The translations under genes and the position numbers were made by a program. Of a stretch of DNA of 64,000 bases, positions 18,500 to 27,519 are shown piece by piece. The notes beneath the pieces were generated by a model. The model was not told the DNA's origin. It saw only the letters and a program-made list of their open reading frames with translations, and did not search any database. The stretch comes from a virus, in the IMG/VR virus record IMGVR_UViG_3300034418_011250, positions 1 through 64,000 of that record, one strand, 5' to 3'. Numbering within the stretch: the stretch's first letter is position 1; each line of letters starts with the position of its first letter.

Positions 18500-19057
18500 T
18501 CAATTTAAAAAATTACGATGCTCCTCATCCATTTCTCTAGTCCAAACTTCACCAATTTCCGGATAAAAAACACCAACAGTTCTTTTTGGAGTTCCATCTG
18601 AATGATATGCTTGTGCCACACAGTGAGTTTTCACAAACTGGTCTTCGTTTTCACCACAAAACACACCATACCAATCCCCTGTTCTCAGAAAGTTCTCCAT
18701 TATACTTATATAATTCTGTATATTAGAAGCAGCAACACTTGCTCCTTTCTCACCCTTTCTTTCTTTTGCTCTTGTTTCTTTTAATTTCTCTCTATTAATT
18801 GCTATCCAATCTTTCACATTTTGTAAATTCAAAGGATCTTTTTCTCCTCTGGTTAATACTGAAGGATGAACATTTTTATATGCTGGTGGGTTTTCTTTTA
18901 ATCTTTTTTCTCTAGCCTTTTTCAGTCTTTCTGCAGCTGCTTTTTTCTGCTCTTCTGTCATAGGCTTTCTTGTTCGTTTTGGCTTTTCTTTTGGTTTCTC
19001 CTCTTGAATTTGGTTTCTAAAAAAGTTTATTAAATCTGACTTTTTCTGCCTTGGCAT
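18500..19057 (-). CDS. Hypothetical basic protein
   Basis: MTEEQKKAAAERLKKAR; AYHSDGTPKRTVG. Confidence 0.65.
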   Translation of the reverse strand: MPRQKKSDLINFFRNQIQEEKPKEKPKRTRKPMTEEQKKAAAERLKKAREKRLKENPPAYKNVHPSVLTRGEKDPLNLQNVKDWIAINREKLKETRAKERKGEKGASVAASNIQNYISIMENFLRTGDWYGVFCGENEDQFVKTHCVAQAYHSDGTPKRTVGVFYPEIGEVWTREMDEEHRNFLN

Positions 19058-19063
19058 AATGTC

Positions 19064-19288
19064 TCACTTATTCATAAGTTTTCTGGTTTCTCTTCTTAAT
19101 CTACGAAGAGTTGCCTCTTTGGCAAGTTTTCTCTTCTGACCTTTCGTCAAATGATATCTTCTTGCTCTTAGTTCTTTAATCAATCCAGACTTCTGAACTT
19201 TCTTTTTAAAAACTTTAATTGCTGTATTTACATCATCACCTCTTACATTAACTGTTAATCCTAATGGTTCTTGTTGATATTTTCTCAT
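19064..19288 (-). CDS. rpsU: Ribosomal protein bS21
   Basis: VNVRGDDVNTAIKVFKKKVQKSGLIKELRARRYH-TKGQKRK fits the bS21 pattern. Confidence 0.88.
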   Translation of the reverse strand: MRKYQQEPLGLTVNVRGDDVNTAIKVFKKKVQKSGLIKELRARRYHLTKGQKRKLAKEATLRRLRRETRKLMNK

Positions 19289-19509
19289 TTAGCCTTTTCT
19301 AGTGTTGTTACCCAATCTGGAATAGAAACCAAATATTTCTCACCATCTTCTCTCTCTTCAACCATAACAAATTGATTGTCTGCAAGAGATTCAATTGTGT
19401 TGATGATTACACCTTCAATGATTTCTTTCTTGGTTAGATACTTCCCCCAAAAATATGAGAAACACATTCCCACAGTGGCAAGGATTGCTTGCCAATATTC
19501 TATTTCCAT
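19285..19509 (-). CDS. Hypothetical membrane-anchored protein
   Basis: N-terminal TM helix; start MEIEYW after AAGGA. Confidence 0.6.
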   Translation of the reverse strand: MEIEYWQAILATVGMCFSYFWGKYLTKKEIIEGVIINTIESLADNQFVMVEEREDGEKYLVSIPDWVTTLEKAK

Positions 19510-19521
19510 TAGTATTCCTTT

Positions 19522-19549
19522 ATTATACCTCATAAATTTAAGTTGTCAA
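19522..19549 (-). promoter_or_regulatory. sigma70-like promoter (rpsU-rnh operon)
   Basis: TTGACA-N16-TATAAT. Confidence 0.7.
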
Positions 19550-19893
19550 GTTTTTTTATGTAGCTTTACAAAATATTCAGCATCAATCACCACTAGTGGC
19601 TTCTTCCCGTTTTTCTTCATAACCACGATGGGTTCATAATCTTTCGAGTTGACTTTTGCTTGATCATATGCATCCCAGACGTTCAACTTCTCTACATTCT
19701 TGCATTCAACCGAATAACTAAATTTCTCTCTGGCAGATCTTGACATGATCAAGTCTTCTCCACCTGCACCCATACTCCGAGACTCGATGTCTTCAGGATG
19801 TATATCCAAATCCTCGATCAAGATATCTCTCATCCACTGCTGGAGTCTTCTTCCTTTTGCTTTCGCTGATTGTGTTTTCATTATGTTCACCAA
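19546..19893 (-). CDS. Holliday-junction-resolvase-like PD-(D/E)xK nuclease
   Basis: SAKAKGRRLQ, MGAGGEDL, SVECKN. Confidence 0.75.
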   Translation of the reverse strand: MVNIMKTQSAKAKGRRLQQWMRDILIEDLDIHPEDIESRSMGAGGEDLIMSRSAREKFSYSVECKNVEKLNVWDAYDQAKVNSKDYEPIVVMKKNGKKPLVVIDAEYFVKLHKKT

Positions 19894-19970
19894 ATATCAA
19901 ATCCCAATTTTCATCAAATTGTTTTTGATTATTTAGTTTACGAAAACAAGATCCCTTTCCACCTTCCCAT

Positions 19971-20135
19971 TCACCATGCATTAATCTTTCTCCGCTCAAG
20001 TTTCATTTTAATTTCATTTCTTTTTTCATCAGTATATTCACGCCATTGTTCAATTTCAAGCAAACTTCTTTTGCAACCAATACAATGTGTTTGCTCCATG
20101 TTCATTTTACAAACGCCAATACAAACAATTACCAT
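19971..20135 (-). CDS. DUF1289-like Cys-rich protein
   Basis: Manual translation CIGVCK...CIGCKRSLLEIEQW (54 aa). Confidence 0.7.
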   Translation of the reverse strand: MVIVCIGVCKMNMEQTHCIGCKRSLLEIEQWREYTDEKRNEIKMKLERRKINAW

Positions 20136-20278
20136 TCCTCTTCGTTTCCATCTTCTTCAATCAATATATCTTCTCCGCAAAATGGACAAAAACTTGGAAT
20201 ATAAGTTTCTTCCATCATATCATGTTTAATAGTGAATTCTGCATTACATGATTCGCATGCAATAACTTTTTGATACAT
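20129..20278 (-). CDS. Zn-ribbon small protein
   Basis: CESC ... FCPFCG, acidic tail; GAGGAG RBS. Confidence 0.7.
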   Translation of the reverse strand: MYQKVIACESCNAEFTIKHDMMEETYIPSFCPFCGEDILIEEDGNEEEW

Positions 20279-20301
20279 AGACTCTCCTCTAAGTTGCCAG
20301 A

Positions 20302-20964
20302 TCATTTCTTTTTTGTTTTAAAATCATAAACCTCTTCAATCTCATAAAAATACCGATCCTGATTTCCTGCACTCCACTTTGGATTTTGCTCAACAGAAAA
20401 ATATTTTGTAGAAACTTTGAAATCAGGATTTTTGGTTTCATGCGCAATCAAACTTTGTTCAAACCATTTAATTCTATTATTTGGTTGCGCAGCAAATTGT
20501 CCGTTGTCAAGTTTTATGATATTAAAAGATTTGTGTTCATTTGGTGTTTCGGATAAAGTTGTATTTAGCATATTTGGATCATCATGACAGCTATCAATTG
20601 TGAACATATATTCGCCATGATAAAACTCTTTATCCTTGGCATACATTGCACATCTCAATCCTTTCAACGTTGCCTTTTCGATCACAGCAATATGATATGA
20701 AAAAGAATCCCATATTTCAAGATAATCTAATGGCAATTCATAACCAAGAGATGTTCTCCAGACATAGGCTGAAAGAGGAAGTTTATCGTATAGTGCACCA
20801 TATTCTGTGAGCAGGGATTCAAAATACAGTGCTCTTCCTCTTATGCTTTTGACTGACACCCAGATGGCAGGTGTGAATTCCCCCTCACCTCTGCCATCTA
20901 GATCATACAAATATTCCTTTCGAACAAAGCATTCAACTGGCGGAAGATTTGCAACAAGAAACAT
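20302..20964 (-). CDS. Conserved phage hypothetical protein
   Basis: ANLPPVECFVRKEYL ... NGQFAAQPNNRI. Confidence 0.7.
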   Translation of the reverse strand: MFLVANLPPVECFVRKEYLYDLDGRGEGEFTPAIWVSVKSIRGRALYFESLLTEYGALYDKLPLSAYVWRTSLGYELPLDYLEIWDSFSYHIAVIEKATLKGLRCAMYAKDKEFYHGEYMFTIDSCHDDPNMLNTTLSETPNEHKSFNIIKLDNGQFAAQPNNRIKWFEQSLIAHETKNPDFKVSTKYFSVEQNPKWSAGNQDRYFYEIEEVYDFKTKKK

Positions 20965-22911
20965 TTATGCCACCAAATCCACAACTTCACATACTCCAGC
21001 GGTGCATGCGAGTTCTTGTGCTCCGGATGTGTAATCTTCAGCCTCATACTCAGAAAGTTTAGACCAATCTACATTTTCAGGCATCTTTGTTAAGAATTCT
21101 TCATACTCTTCTTTTGAACAATCTTGATATGGTGCTTGTCGATAAGTATGTTCGCTGAATGGCAAAAAGCTGATTCCAGAAATGTTATCAAAATTTTCAT
21201 ACACCCATGCTCCAACTTCCATCCATTCATGTTCCTTGACAGAAATCGTCACAGATGGTTTATGTTCGCACCAATGAATTTGATAAATTTTCCAAAGTTC
21301 CATTTGCTCGATTGCTGTCATGTCATAGCGAAATATAGCATCCTCTGGACTTTTCATTGGAAACGAAAAGACTGTTGTATGTTGTGGTTTCATAACATCT
21401 GGCTCATTCGGAAATCCAGCATCGATCATAAATCTACACAATGGATCTTTGTTGTCAGCACGCACAGTTCGAATGTAATATGGATTGTGTCTTGCATGAA
21501 TTCCTGAAGCAGAATCTACAAGCTGAGAAACTGTTCCAGATGGTTTGACACATGTAATGGCAGCGGATTGATTGATTCCCAATGCTTCAGCCCATTGCTT
21601 GTTTGTTTCAACAGCAACCTTCTTCAACTCCTCAAGAGTCGCAGCAAGAACATCTTTCCCTCGAGAACCATTCATAATCGGATTATCCATGATGCCTGTG
21701 AGAGAAACACCCAAAAGTCTTTCTTCTTCACAGTTCATCTTCCATTCCTTCGATAGGTACTTATAATTCGTTAGAGTGCTCTGGAGAGTCCCTAGGATCG
21801 TCGCTACGGTCACTTTCTCTTTAAGAGACTCCAATATATCATCTTTTCTCACTACTACTTCGGATAAATTACAAGTCTCCCGACTTCTCAAAATAATCTC
21901 AGAACAAGGATTGGTTCCGAAATCATCTCGTGGTGCTCTTCTGATTTGATCGCCAACATTTAATTTTTCAACTTGTCTTTTCGCAGATGCTGAATTATAC
22001 ATTCCACGCTCACCTGACTTTGAATCATACAGAGCCAACCATTCACGCATAAATGTTCCTACATCTGGCTTCTCTTTGTAGTTGACAGAATTATTCGCAA
22101 GTGCTCTTTGAGCATTGTTTTCCCACCATTGTCCTGACTTTGCATGTCTCATTTGCTCATCAGTCAGATTGGAAAGAGAAATCAATGCACTCCTTCGGAC
22201 TCCACCGACTACGACTATTTCGGCAATTTTACATACAATATCATGACATTCTACGGATTTCAGTTTTCTGCCCTTTGCATCTTTGAAAATGTCAACACAA
22301 AATCTGAATAGATCCTCTAGAGGTTCTGGACCAGATGCCCTTCCACCGAATGTTTTCAATGGCGCACCAGCAGGTCGAATCTTAGATGTATCCCATGAAG
22401 GAATTAATCCTTGATACAATAGTGAAATCAATTCTCGTAATGATTTTGCCCAGCCAAGTTTAGAATCAGCAACAACAATACATGTATCAGTCGGATAAAA
22501 CTCTTCTGCAATGGTTGGTAATTTGCTTACATAATCACGTTCAACTGAAAATCCGACTCCAGTTCCATTCATGAGTACATAAAGAATTTCGTCAAAACTT
22601 TTTGGTGAATCTACTTTAACATATGAACAGTTGTATCCTGCCATGTTTTCTTTCTTCAATGCTTCACCAGCTGTCATCAAACAACGCATTGAAGGCATAA
22701 CTCTTAATTCTTTTACAGCATTTTCTAGATATTGTTTTGTTTGAGGTTCAAGATCATAATTATTATTTTCTTTTAAATACTCTTCAAAAAAATTGAAATA
22801 TCGTTCTACAGTTTCTTCACAAGTCTCTCTTCTTTGTTTATTGTAATCCCATCTTCCATATCTGCTCAAATGTATAAATTGCTGGTATTCGCTCATTTTA
22901 ATATCTGTCAT
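20965..22911 (-). CDS. nrdJ: Class II B12-dependent ribonucleotide reductase (monomeric type)
   Basis: MPSMR, YNCS, GGVRRSALI, GTNPCSEI, VKPSGTVS, C-terminal CTAGVC. Confidence 0.95.
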   Translation of the reverse strand: MTDIKMSEYQQFIHLSRYGRWDYNKQRRETCEETVERYFNFFEEYLKENNNYDLEPQTKQYLENAVKELRVMPSMRCLMTAGEALKKENMAGYNCSYVKVDSPKSFDEILYVLMNGTGVGFSVERDYVSKLPTIAEEFYPTDTCIVVADSKLGWAKSLRELISLLYQGLIPSWDTSKIRPAGAPLKTFGGRASGPEPLEDLFRFCVDIFKDAKGRKLKSVECHDIVCKIAEIVVVGGVRRSALISLSNLTDEQMRHAKSGQWWENNAQRALANNSVNYKEKPDVGTFMREWLALYDSKSGERGMYNSASAKRQVEKLNVGDQIRRAPRDDFGTNPCSEIILRSRETCNLSEVVVRKDDILESLKEKVTVATILGTLQSTLTNYKYLSKEWKMNCEEERLLGVSLTGIMDNPIMNGSRGKDVLAATLEELKKVAVETNKQWAEALGINQSAAITCVKPSGTVSQLVDSASGIHARHNPYYIRTVRADNKDPLCRFMIDAGFPNEPDVMKPQHTTVFSFPMKSPEDAIFRYDMTAIEQMELWKIYQIHWCEHKPSVTISVKEHEWMEVGAWVYENFDNISGISFLPFSEHTYRQAPYQDCSKEEYEEFLTKMPENVDWSKLSEYEAEDYTSGAQELACTAGVCEVVDLVA

Positions 22912-23639
22912 TTACTTTCCTTTAATAATTTGTTTAATTTCCATTTTGAAAGATTCAATTTTCTCATGGCGTCTGTTTTTGATTCATATATTACACCATC
23001 TATTTCTAAAGATATAGATTTTGGATTGTTGTGAATGAAACAATTATTTTTAGTGCTTTTTTGAAAAGGTAGTCTACCTTTAACCCATTCAATTCCAGGT
23101 GATTCTTTTGACCTTTTATTTTTAACACCATCATTCCACCAAATTGAATCTTTTACTATTCCTTTTGATTCTTGTCTTGTTTTCATTTTTTCAGATAATA
23201 TCTGTTTACATTCTTTTCCTTCTTTAGAATCATAAAATCTTTGTATTCCTTTTTTTATATTTTCAATTTGTTCTATTGTTCTTGTTTTGCCATAATTAGG
23301 ATTTCCTTCTCCAATTCTTTCTTTTTTCCATCGTTCACTAACTCCTGTATCACCGCCAAGACCTCCTACAGCCAAATTTAATAATGAACCTGTCTGATTT
23401 GATTTTCTTCCATATTGTTCAATTAAATCAATTTCTTTATGAAAGGCATCAAATTCATTTTCTGTATAATATACAATTTTAACAATTTCGTCAAGGGAAT
23501 ATTTTTTTAATAAATTATTAAAATATGTTTTATGATGTTGACTTCTGCCATTAACATCATATGCTCTCCTATTTTTTCCCTTTCCTACATAAAAAGGAAT
23601 TCCTGTTTCTGGATTAACATGTAAATAAACATAAAACAT
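22908..23639 (-). mobile_element. Free-standing GIY-YIG homing endonuclease
   Basis: FYVY...FYVGKG...R, EIDLI, LLN..GG, GEGNPNYGK (NUMOD3-like); own TATAAATA at 23670-23677. Confidence 0.85.
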
Positions 23640-23692
23640 CTTTATAACTCCAACAATTGTTTATATGTTTATTTATACAATATCAACCTTTT

Positions 23693-23731
23693 TTATATAA
23701 AAAAACTTTGATATTCCGTAGGTAATGGCAT
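23693..23731 (-). pseudogene. Vestigial nrdJ 5' fragment
   Basis: GGAGA RBS + MPLPTEYQSFFI-stop resembles the start of nrdJ downstream (MSEYQQFIH). Confidence 0.6.
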
Positions 23732-23740
23732 GTGTATCTC

Positions 23741-24736
23741 CTATATTTTCTTCCAAGTTGAAAAGACTGCCAATCCTTCCAATCCTGAATAAGTGTTTGT
23801 ATTTATTATTTGTTGTATTTCATCTGTTGACATTCCAGAAAGAATCATTTGATTGATGTCCTTTGACTCAATCTCCTTTGGCCACAATACGACCTTGTAA
23901 TCTTGTTTAAGGTATTTCTCTATATTCTTACATATTTCTTTATTTCTAGGTTCATTGTCTGGAATAAGAATCGAATTGCTTTTGTATTTTGGTATTCTTA
24001 AATCACCCTGCGCAACAGCAATTCCATTTTGAATGAATAAACTATCTATCGGACCCTCTACAACGTGTAGAGGTTTATTGAAATTGGCACGATTCAATCC
24101 GAAGATTTTCTTAATCTTCTTGTTTAATATGGTAGTTATGTATTTAGGTTGCTCTGCACCGAATGCTCTACCCTGAAAAGCAAACAATTCACCATCTTCA
24201 TCATAAAATGGTATCACCATTCTAGGATGATCATTTATAATTTTTGACACAGTTTGTGTCATTCTTTGACAAAATTTAAAGAACATTGGAGCAAAATATA
24301 ATTCTCTCCAGTGTTCTTTTGGTATCATTCTTTTTTTGAATAAACTTTTTGCTGGATGTTCATCATCCAATTCAGCAAAAGATTTCAGACTAATTGATTT
24401 TTTTGGAAGAATGCTCTTTGGTGTTGGAACGCAAGTCTTTGGCCTAAATCCAGATGCAGTTTCACCTTCTTTGTATTTCTCTAGAAGATATTCTTCATAT
24501 AAATTAGAATCAATATGCTTGAGAAGATTAGAAAATGTTGCACCAAAACTACAATTGTGACACTTATAAAAAAGATCTTGTTTTACCTGATAAATGAATC
24601 CTCTAGCTTTATTCTTATTCTTCTGAGAATCTCCGCAAATAGGGCATCGGAAGTTCCACAACGTGGAACTTTTCCGAGTGAATTTATCAAGTCTAGGTGA
24701 AAGAAGAGAAACAAACTTATGATCAATATAACTCAT
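23741..24736 (-). CDS. DNA primase gp61
   Basis: NFRCPICGDS, YKCHNC, FQGR, VEGPIDSLF, DNEPRN, KDIN. Confidence 0.95.
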   Translation of the reverse strand: MSYIDHKFVSLLSPRLDKFTRKSSTLWNFRCPICGDSQKNKNKARGFIYQVKQDLFYKCHNCSFGATFSNLLKHIDSNLYEEYLLEKYKEGETASGFRPKTCVPTPKSILPKKSISLKSFAELDDEHPAKSLFKKRMIPKEHWRELYFAPMFFKFCQRMTQTVSKIINDHPRMVIPFYDEDGELFAFQGRAFGAEQPKYITTILNKKIKKIFGLNRANFNKPLHVVEGPIDSLFIQNGIAVAQGDLRIPKYKSNSILIPDNEPRNKEICKNIEKYLKQDYKVVLWPKEIESKDINQMILSGMSTDEIQQIINTNTYSGLEGLAVFSTWKKI

Positions 24737-24764
24737 GACAAAAACTCCAGAGAAAAAGACTTTT

Positions 24765-24793
24765 ATTATACTAATTCTGAATCAAAATGTCAA
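24765..24793 (-). promoter_or_regulatory. Consensus sigma70 promoter (primase-nrdJ)
   Basis: TTGACA-N17-TATAAT. Confidence 0.85.
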
Positions 24794-24802
24794 GTAAAAT
24801 TT

Positions 24803-26191
24803 CTAATCAAGATCATCTATGTCATCAAAGAGTCCCTTGAAGCTAATTACATGTTCCTTGGTTGGAACTAGCCTCATCAAAAATCTATCTTTGAATTTCA
24901 TTAAGAATGCTGCGCCACTAAGATCCTGATATGTGAATACATAATCTTTTGAATCATTATCAAGTTTCCAACCATCAGGCACATAAACAATTCCACCTTT
25001 CTGATTTATTTCCAGCATCTTTCGATTACCATCTGTTGTATAAAAATGTATTTTTGATTTAACAGGTGTTTCTGAATGATAATCCTGATAATTAGGATCT
25101 GTCATCATATCTAGTTCTTTGGTATTTTTTAGATATATTGTATTTTCTTTGATTAAACACCGATCAGCCACATTTTTCAACATATTTGCTAATATAACAG
25201 ACTTCATTCCATAGGAACCATGAACTCCAAGATAGTTTGACATGATTTCCATGACTTCTTTACTATTACTTGTTAAAGAATATTCGGATGGAAATTTATC
25301 TGAACCAAATTTTGTTATTTTATAATTTTTATTATATCCACCATCAATCACCTTGATGAATGATGCATTGAAGAATACTGCTTGTGTTGGTTCTGAACGA
25401 TGTATGATTCCTGCATCGTTTTTATCAGCAATACCATGATACCCCAGATCCCTAAAAATTTTATTCCAAAGATTTGTTGGTGAACCTCTCCTGATGTTTT
25501 CATACACTTCAATTCTAATTTTTTTGTCTGAAAAATTAGCACGTTTCTTAGGATCAAGCATTGCTTCTTGAACTTCTTCTTCATATTCTTTCATCAATCT
25601 TGTGCTAATTTGGCCTGTCATTATAAAAAATGTATATCTTGTCATGTTCCAAAATTGACCACCAATGGATCTATTCTTAGAATTCTGTGTTGCTGCTTCT
25701 AGAGTTGCTTTCGCCACTTCCCAACTGAACCATTGATTCATCTTATTCTTCTTCATGAAAAAATTGATAATCATTTTGGCAAGTTTATCATAATCTTTAT
25801 CATAACTAGCAGAACTGTATTTTTTCAGATCAACAATCTTGTCTGTAGCTTTTGGTTTGAAAATATAAACAAATGGTTGTTCACCAGCAAATGGAACATC
25901 CAAAGTTTTATCAACAGGATTTTTGTGTTTCTTCCAGATTTCTTTCAGAGGATATGAATAAATACCATTTGGTGTATTATATTCTGAATTTGGATTTATT
26001 CCAATCTTATAACCTTCTGCACTTTTACTCATTGAACCTACATCAGCAACATATGTAATATAAACATCACTATCATTGGCTAATGGTTCCAATTTGTCAT
26101 AAAGAGGAATTTTGGGATTTAATTCTTTTCCTGTTTTCTTTGAAATAGGATTTCTTCTTGCTTCATCTAAAAAGTTGCGAAATGTTTTCAT
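24803..26191 (-). CDS. Probable internal head protein, unknown function
   Basis: Start MKTFRNFLDEA; GINP..YNTPNGIYSYP; GIIHRSEPTQAVFF. Confidence 0.55.
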   Translation of the reverse strand: MKTFRNFLDEARRNPISKKTGKELNPKIPLYDKLEPLANDSDVYITYVADVGSMSKSAEGYKIGINPNSEYNTPNGIYSYPLKEIWKKHKNPVDKTLDVPFAGEQPFVYIFKPKATDKIVDLKKYSSASYDKDYDKLAKMIINFFMKKNKMNQWFSWEVAKATLEAATQNSKNRSIGGQFWNMTRYTFFIMTGQISTRLMKEYEEEVQEAMLDPKKRANFSDKKIRIEVYENIRRGSPTNLWNKIFRDLGYHGIADKNDAGIIHRSEPTQAVFFNASFIKVIDGGYNKNYKITKFGSDKFPSEYSLTSNSKEVMEIMSNYLGVHGSYGMKSVILANMLKNVADRCLIKENTIYLKNTKELDMMTDPNYQDYHSETPVKSKIHFYTTDGNRKMLEINQKGGIVYVPDGWKLDNDSKDYVFTYQDLSGAAFLMKFKDRFLMRLVPTKEHVISFKGLFDDIDDLD

Positions 26192-26193
26192 CT

Positions 26194-26637
26194 TTACGAT
26201 CCCCAAATAGGTAGTTTTTGTATAATGAATCCTAGAACAATGGAACCTCCAATGATTAGCCATCTCCATTTTTCTAGAATTCCTATGCGATTTGATATTT
26301 CATTATGTAGCTTTTTAAATTCTTCAGTTGTTCGTTTGTTATGTTCATCCATTACTGTGGTCAGTCTTCGTTCTGTTTCAGCAATATGAAGGAATGTTTC
26401 TTTAGAATTGGTTGTAATTCGTGAGTGCAGTTCTTGTATGTTATCGTGCAATTTCTTTTCCTGACTAATAATGTTATCTTCTTGTCTTGTTAGTTTTTCC
26501 TCATGAACTGCCATAATTGTATGCAATGATTGCGATACTTCGGCAATCTTTTCAATTGCGGAATCTAAACGTAAATGAATTTGTTTTAAATCGGCTATAT
26601 CTTTTTTAAGAATAGCAACATCAGTCTCGATTGTCAT
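26194..26637 (-). CDS. Coiled-coil protein with C-terminal TM (holin candidate)
   Basis: Long coiled coil, LEKWRWLIIGG TM; adjacent to spanins. Confidence 0.5.
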   Translation of the reverse strand: MTIETDVAILKKDIADLKQIHLRLDSAIEKIAEVSQSLHTIMAVHEEKLTRQEDNIISQEKKLHDNIQELHSRITTNSKETFLHIAETERRLTTVMDEHNKRTTEEFKKLHNEISNRIGILEKWRWLIIGGSIVLGFIIQKLPIWGS

Positions 26638-27028
26638 TTGGGATGTTTCCTCTAATTGCTTCTTCATAGTACTCTATGATTTCTTTTTGTTGTATTATGT
26701 ATCTGCGAATGTCTGATACATTTAAAGATAAGTTTTCATAATCTTTGGGTGTCAAAGCAAAGAATACAATCACACCATTTTGTTCTTTTTTTAATTCATC
26801 AAAAAAAGAATCAATGGTTTCGTCAGTGACAACATACCATTCAAGACCATTCATCTTCAGTGGTTTAGGTCTTGCCTGAATAGGAATTTTTTTATCAATA
26901 TATTTAGTTTCTACAATAATCTTGGGTGGGAGAGGTTCAGAGGATGAAAAGAATGAACAACTACTAAGGAGTGGTAGGGACAGCAGTAATATCTTCCAGT
27001 TCTTTGAAAATTTTAGTTGTGGCATCAT
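26621..27028 (-). CDS. o-spanin (Rz1-like lipoprotein)
   Basis: Lipobox LSSC, Pro-rich segment, overlaps upstream gene. Confidence 0.7.
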   Translation of the reverse strand: MMPQLKFSKNWKILLLSLPLLSSCSFFSSSEPLPPKIIVETKYIDKKIPIQARPKPLKMNGLEWYVVTDETIDSFFDELKKEQNGVIVFFALTPKDYENLSLNVSDIRRYIIQQKEIIEYYEEAIRGNIPNDNRD

Positions 27029-27353
27029 TCACTCTTTTTTCTATAAGACCTGGTTTTGCTGTTGACAGTTTTGTTAGATTATGTTCATTAAGTTTCTTTT
27101 GAAGGTCATCTTGATATTTTTCAGCTTCTTGTAATTCAGTTTGTAACTTTTCTTGAAGAAGCTGCATTTGTACAGATTCTTCTCTCATTCTGTCAATAGC
27201 TTCATTTGTTACTTTAACAGCATTCTCGTATGCTGTGATGTTCTTTTGTAATTGTATTATGGTTTCTTGTGAATCTTTGAAATAAGAATAACCACCATAC
27301 AATACTGTTCCAAGTATACCTAATACAATCACTGTTGCATAAAGTTTAATCAT
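26964..27353 (-). CDS. i-spanin (Rz-like)
   Basis: N-terminal TM + coiled coil, KPGLIEKRVN. Confidence 0.7.
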   Translation of the reverse strand: MIKLYATVIVLGILGTVLYGGYSYFKDSQETIIQLQKNITAYENAVKVTNEAIDRMREESVQMQLLQEKLQTELQEAEKYQDDLQKKLNEHNLTKLSTAKPGLIEKRVNDATTKIFKELEDITAVPTTP

Positions 27354-27519
27354 ATTTCTTTTTGTGATTCTTTACAATATTCAATACTCTTCTTGGTTGT
27401 GTTTCTTCTATTTCTTTCTTTTTGTTCTTCTTTTGAACAATAACTGTATCTACAGGTTCATCGTCATTTAATGATGCAATTGGTTTATATGTATCTACTG
27501 GGACGTATGATGATGCCAT
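27346..27519 (-). CDS. Hypothetical 57-aa protein
   Basis: Manual ORF MASSYVPVDTYKP..., TAATG-coupled. Confidence 0.45.
   Translation of the reverse strand: MASSYVPVDTYKPIASLNDDEPVDTVIVQKKNKKKEIEETQPRRVLNIVKNHKKKYD

Noticed and set aside
22908-23731. Group I intron in nrdJ
   Set aside because: Flanks are too short for a catalytic core and nrdJ has its own complete start downstream
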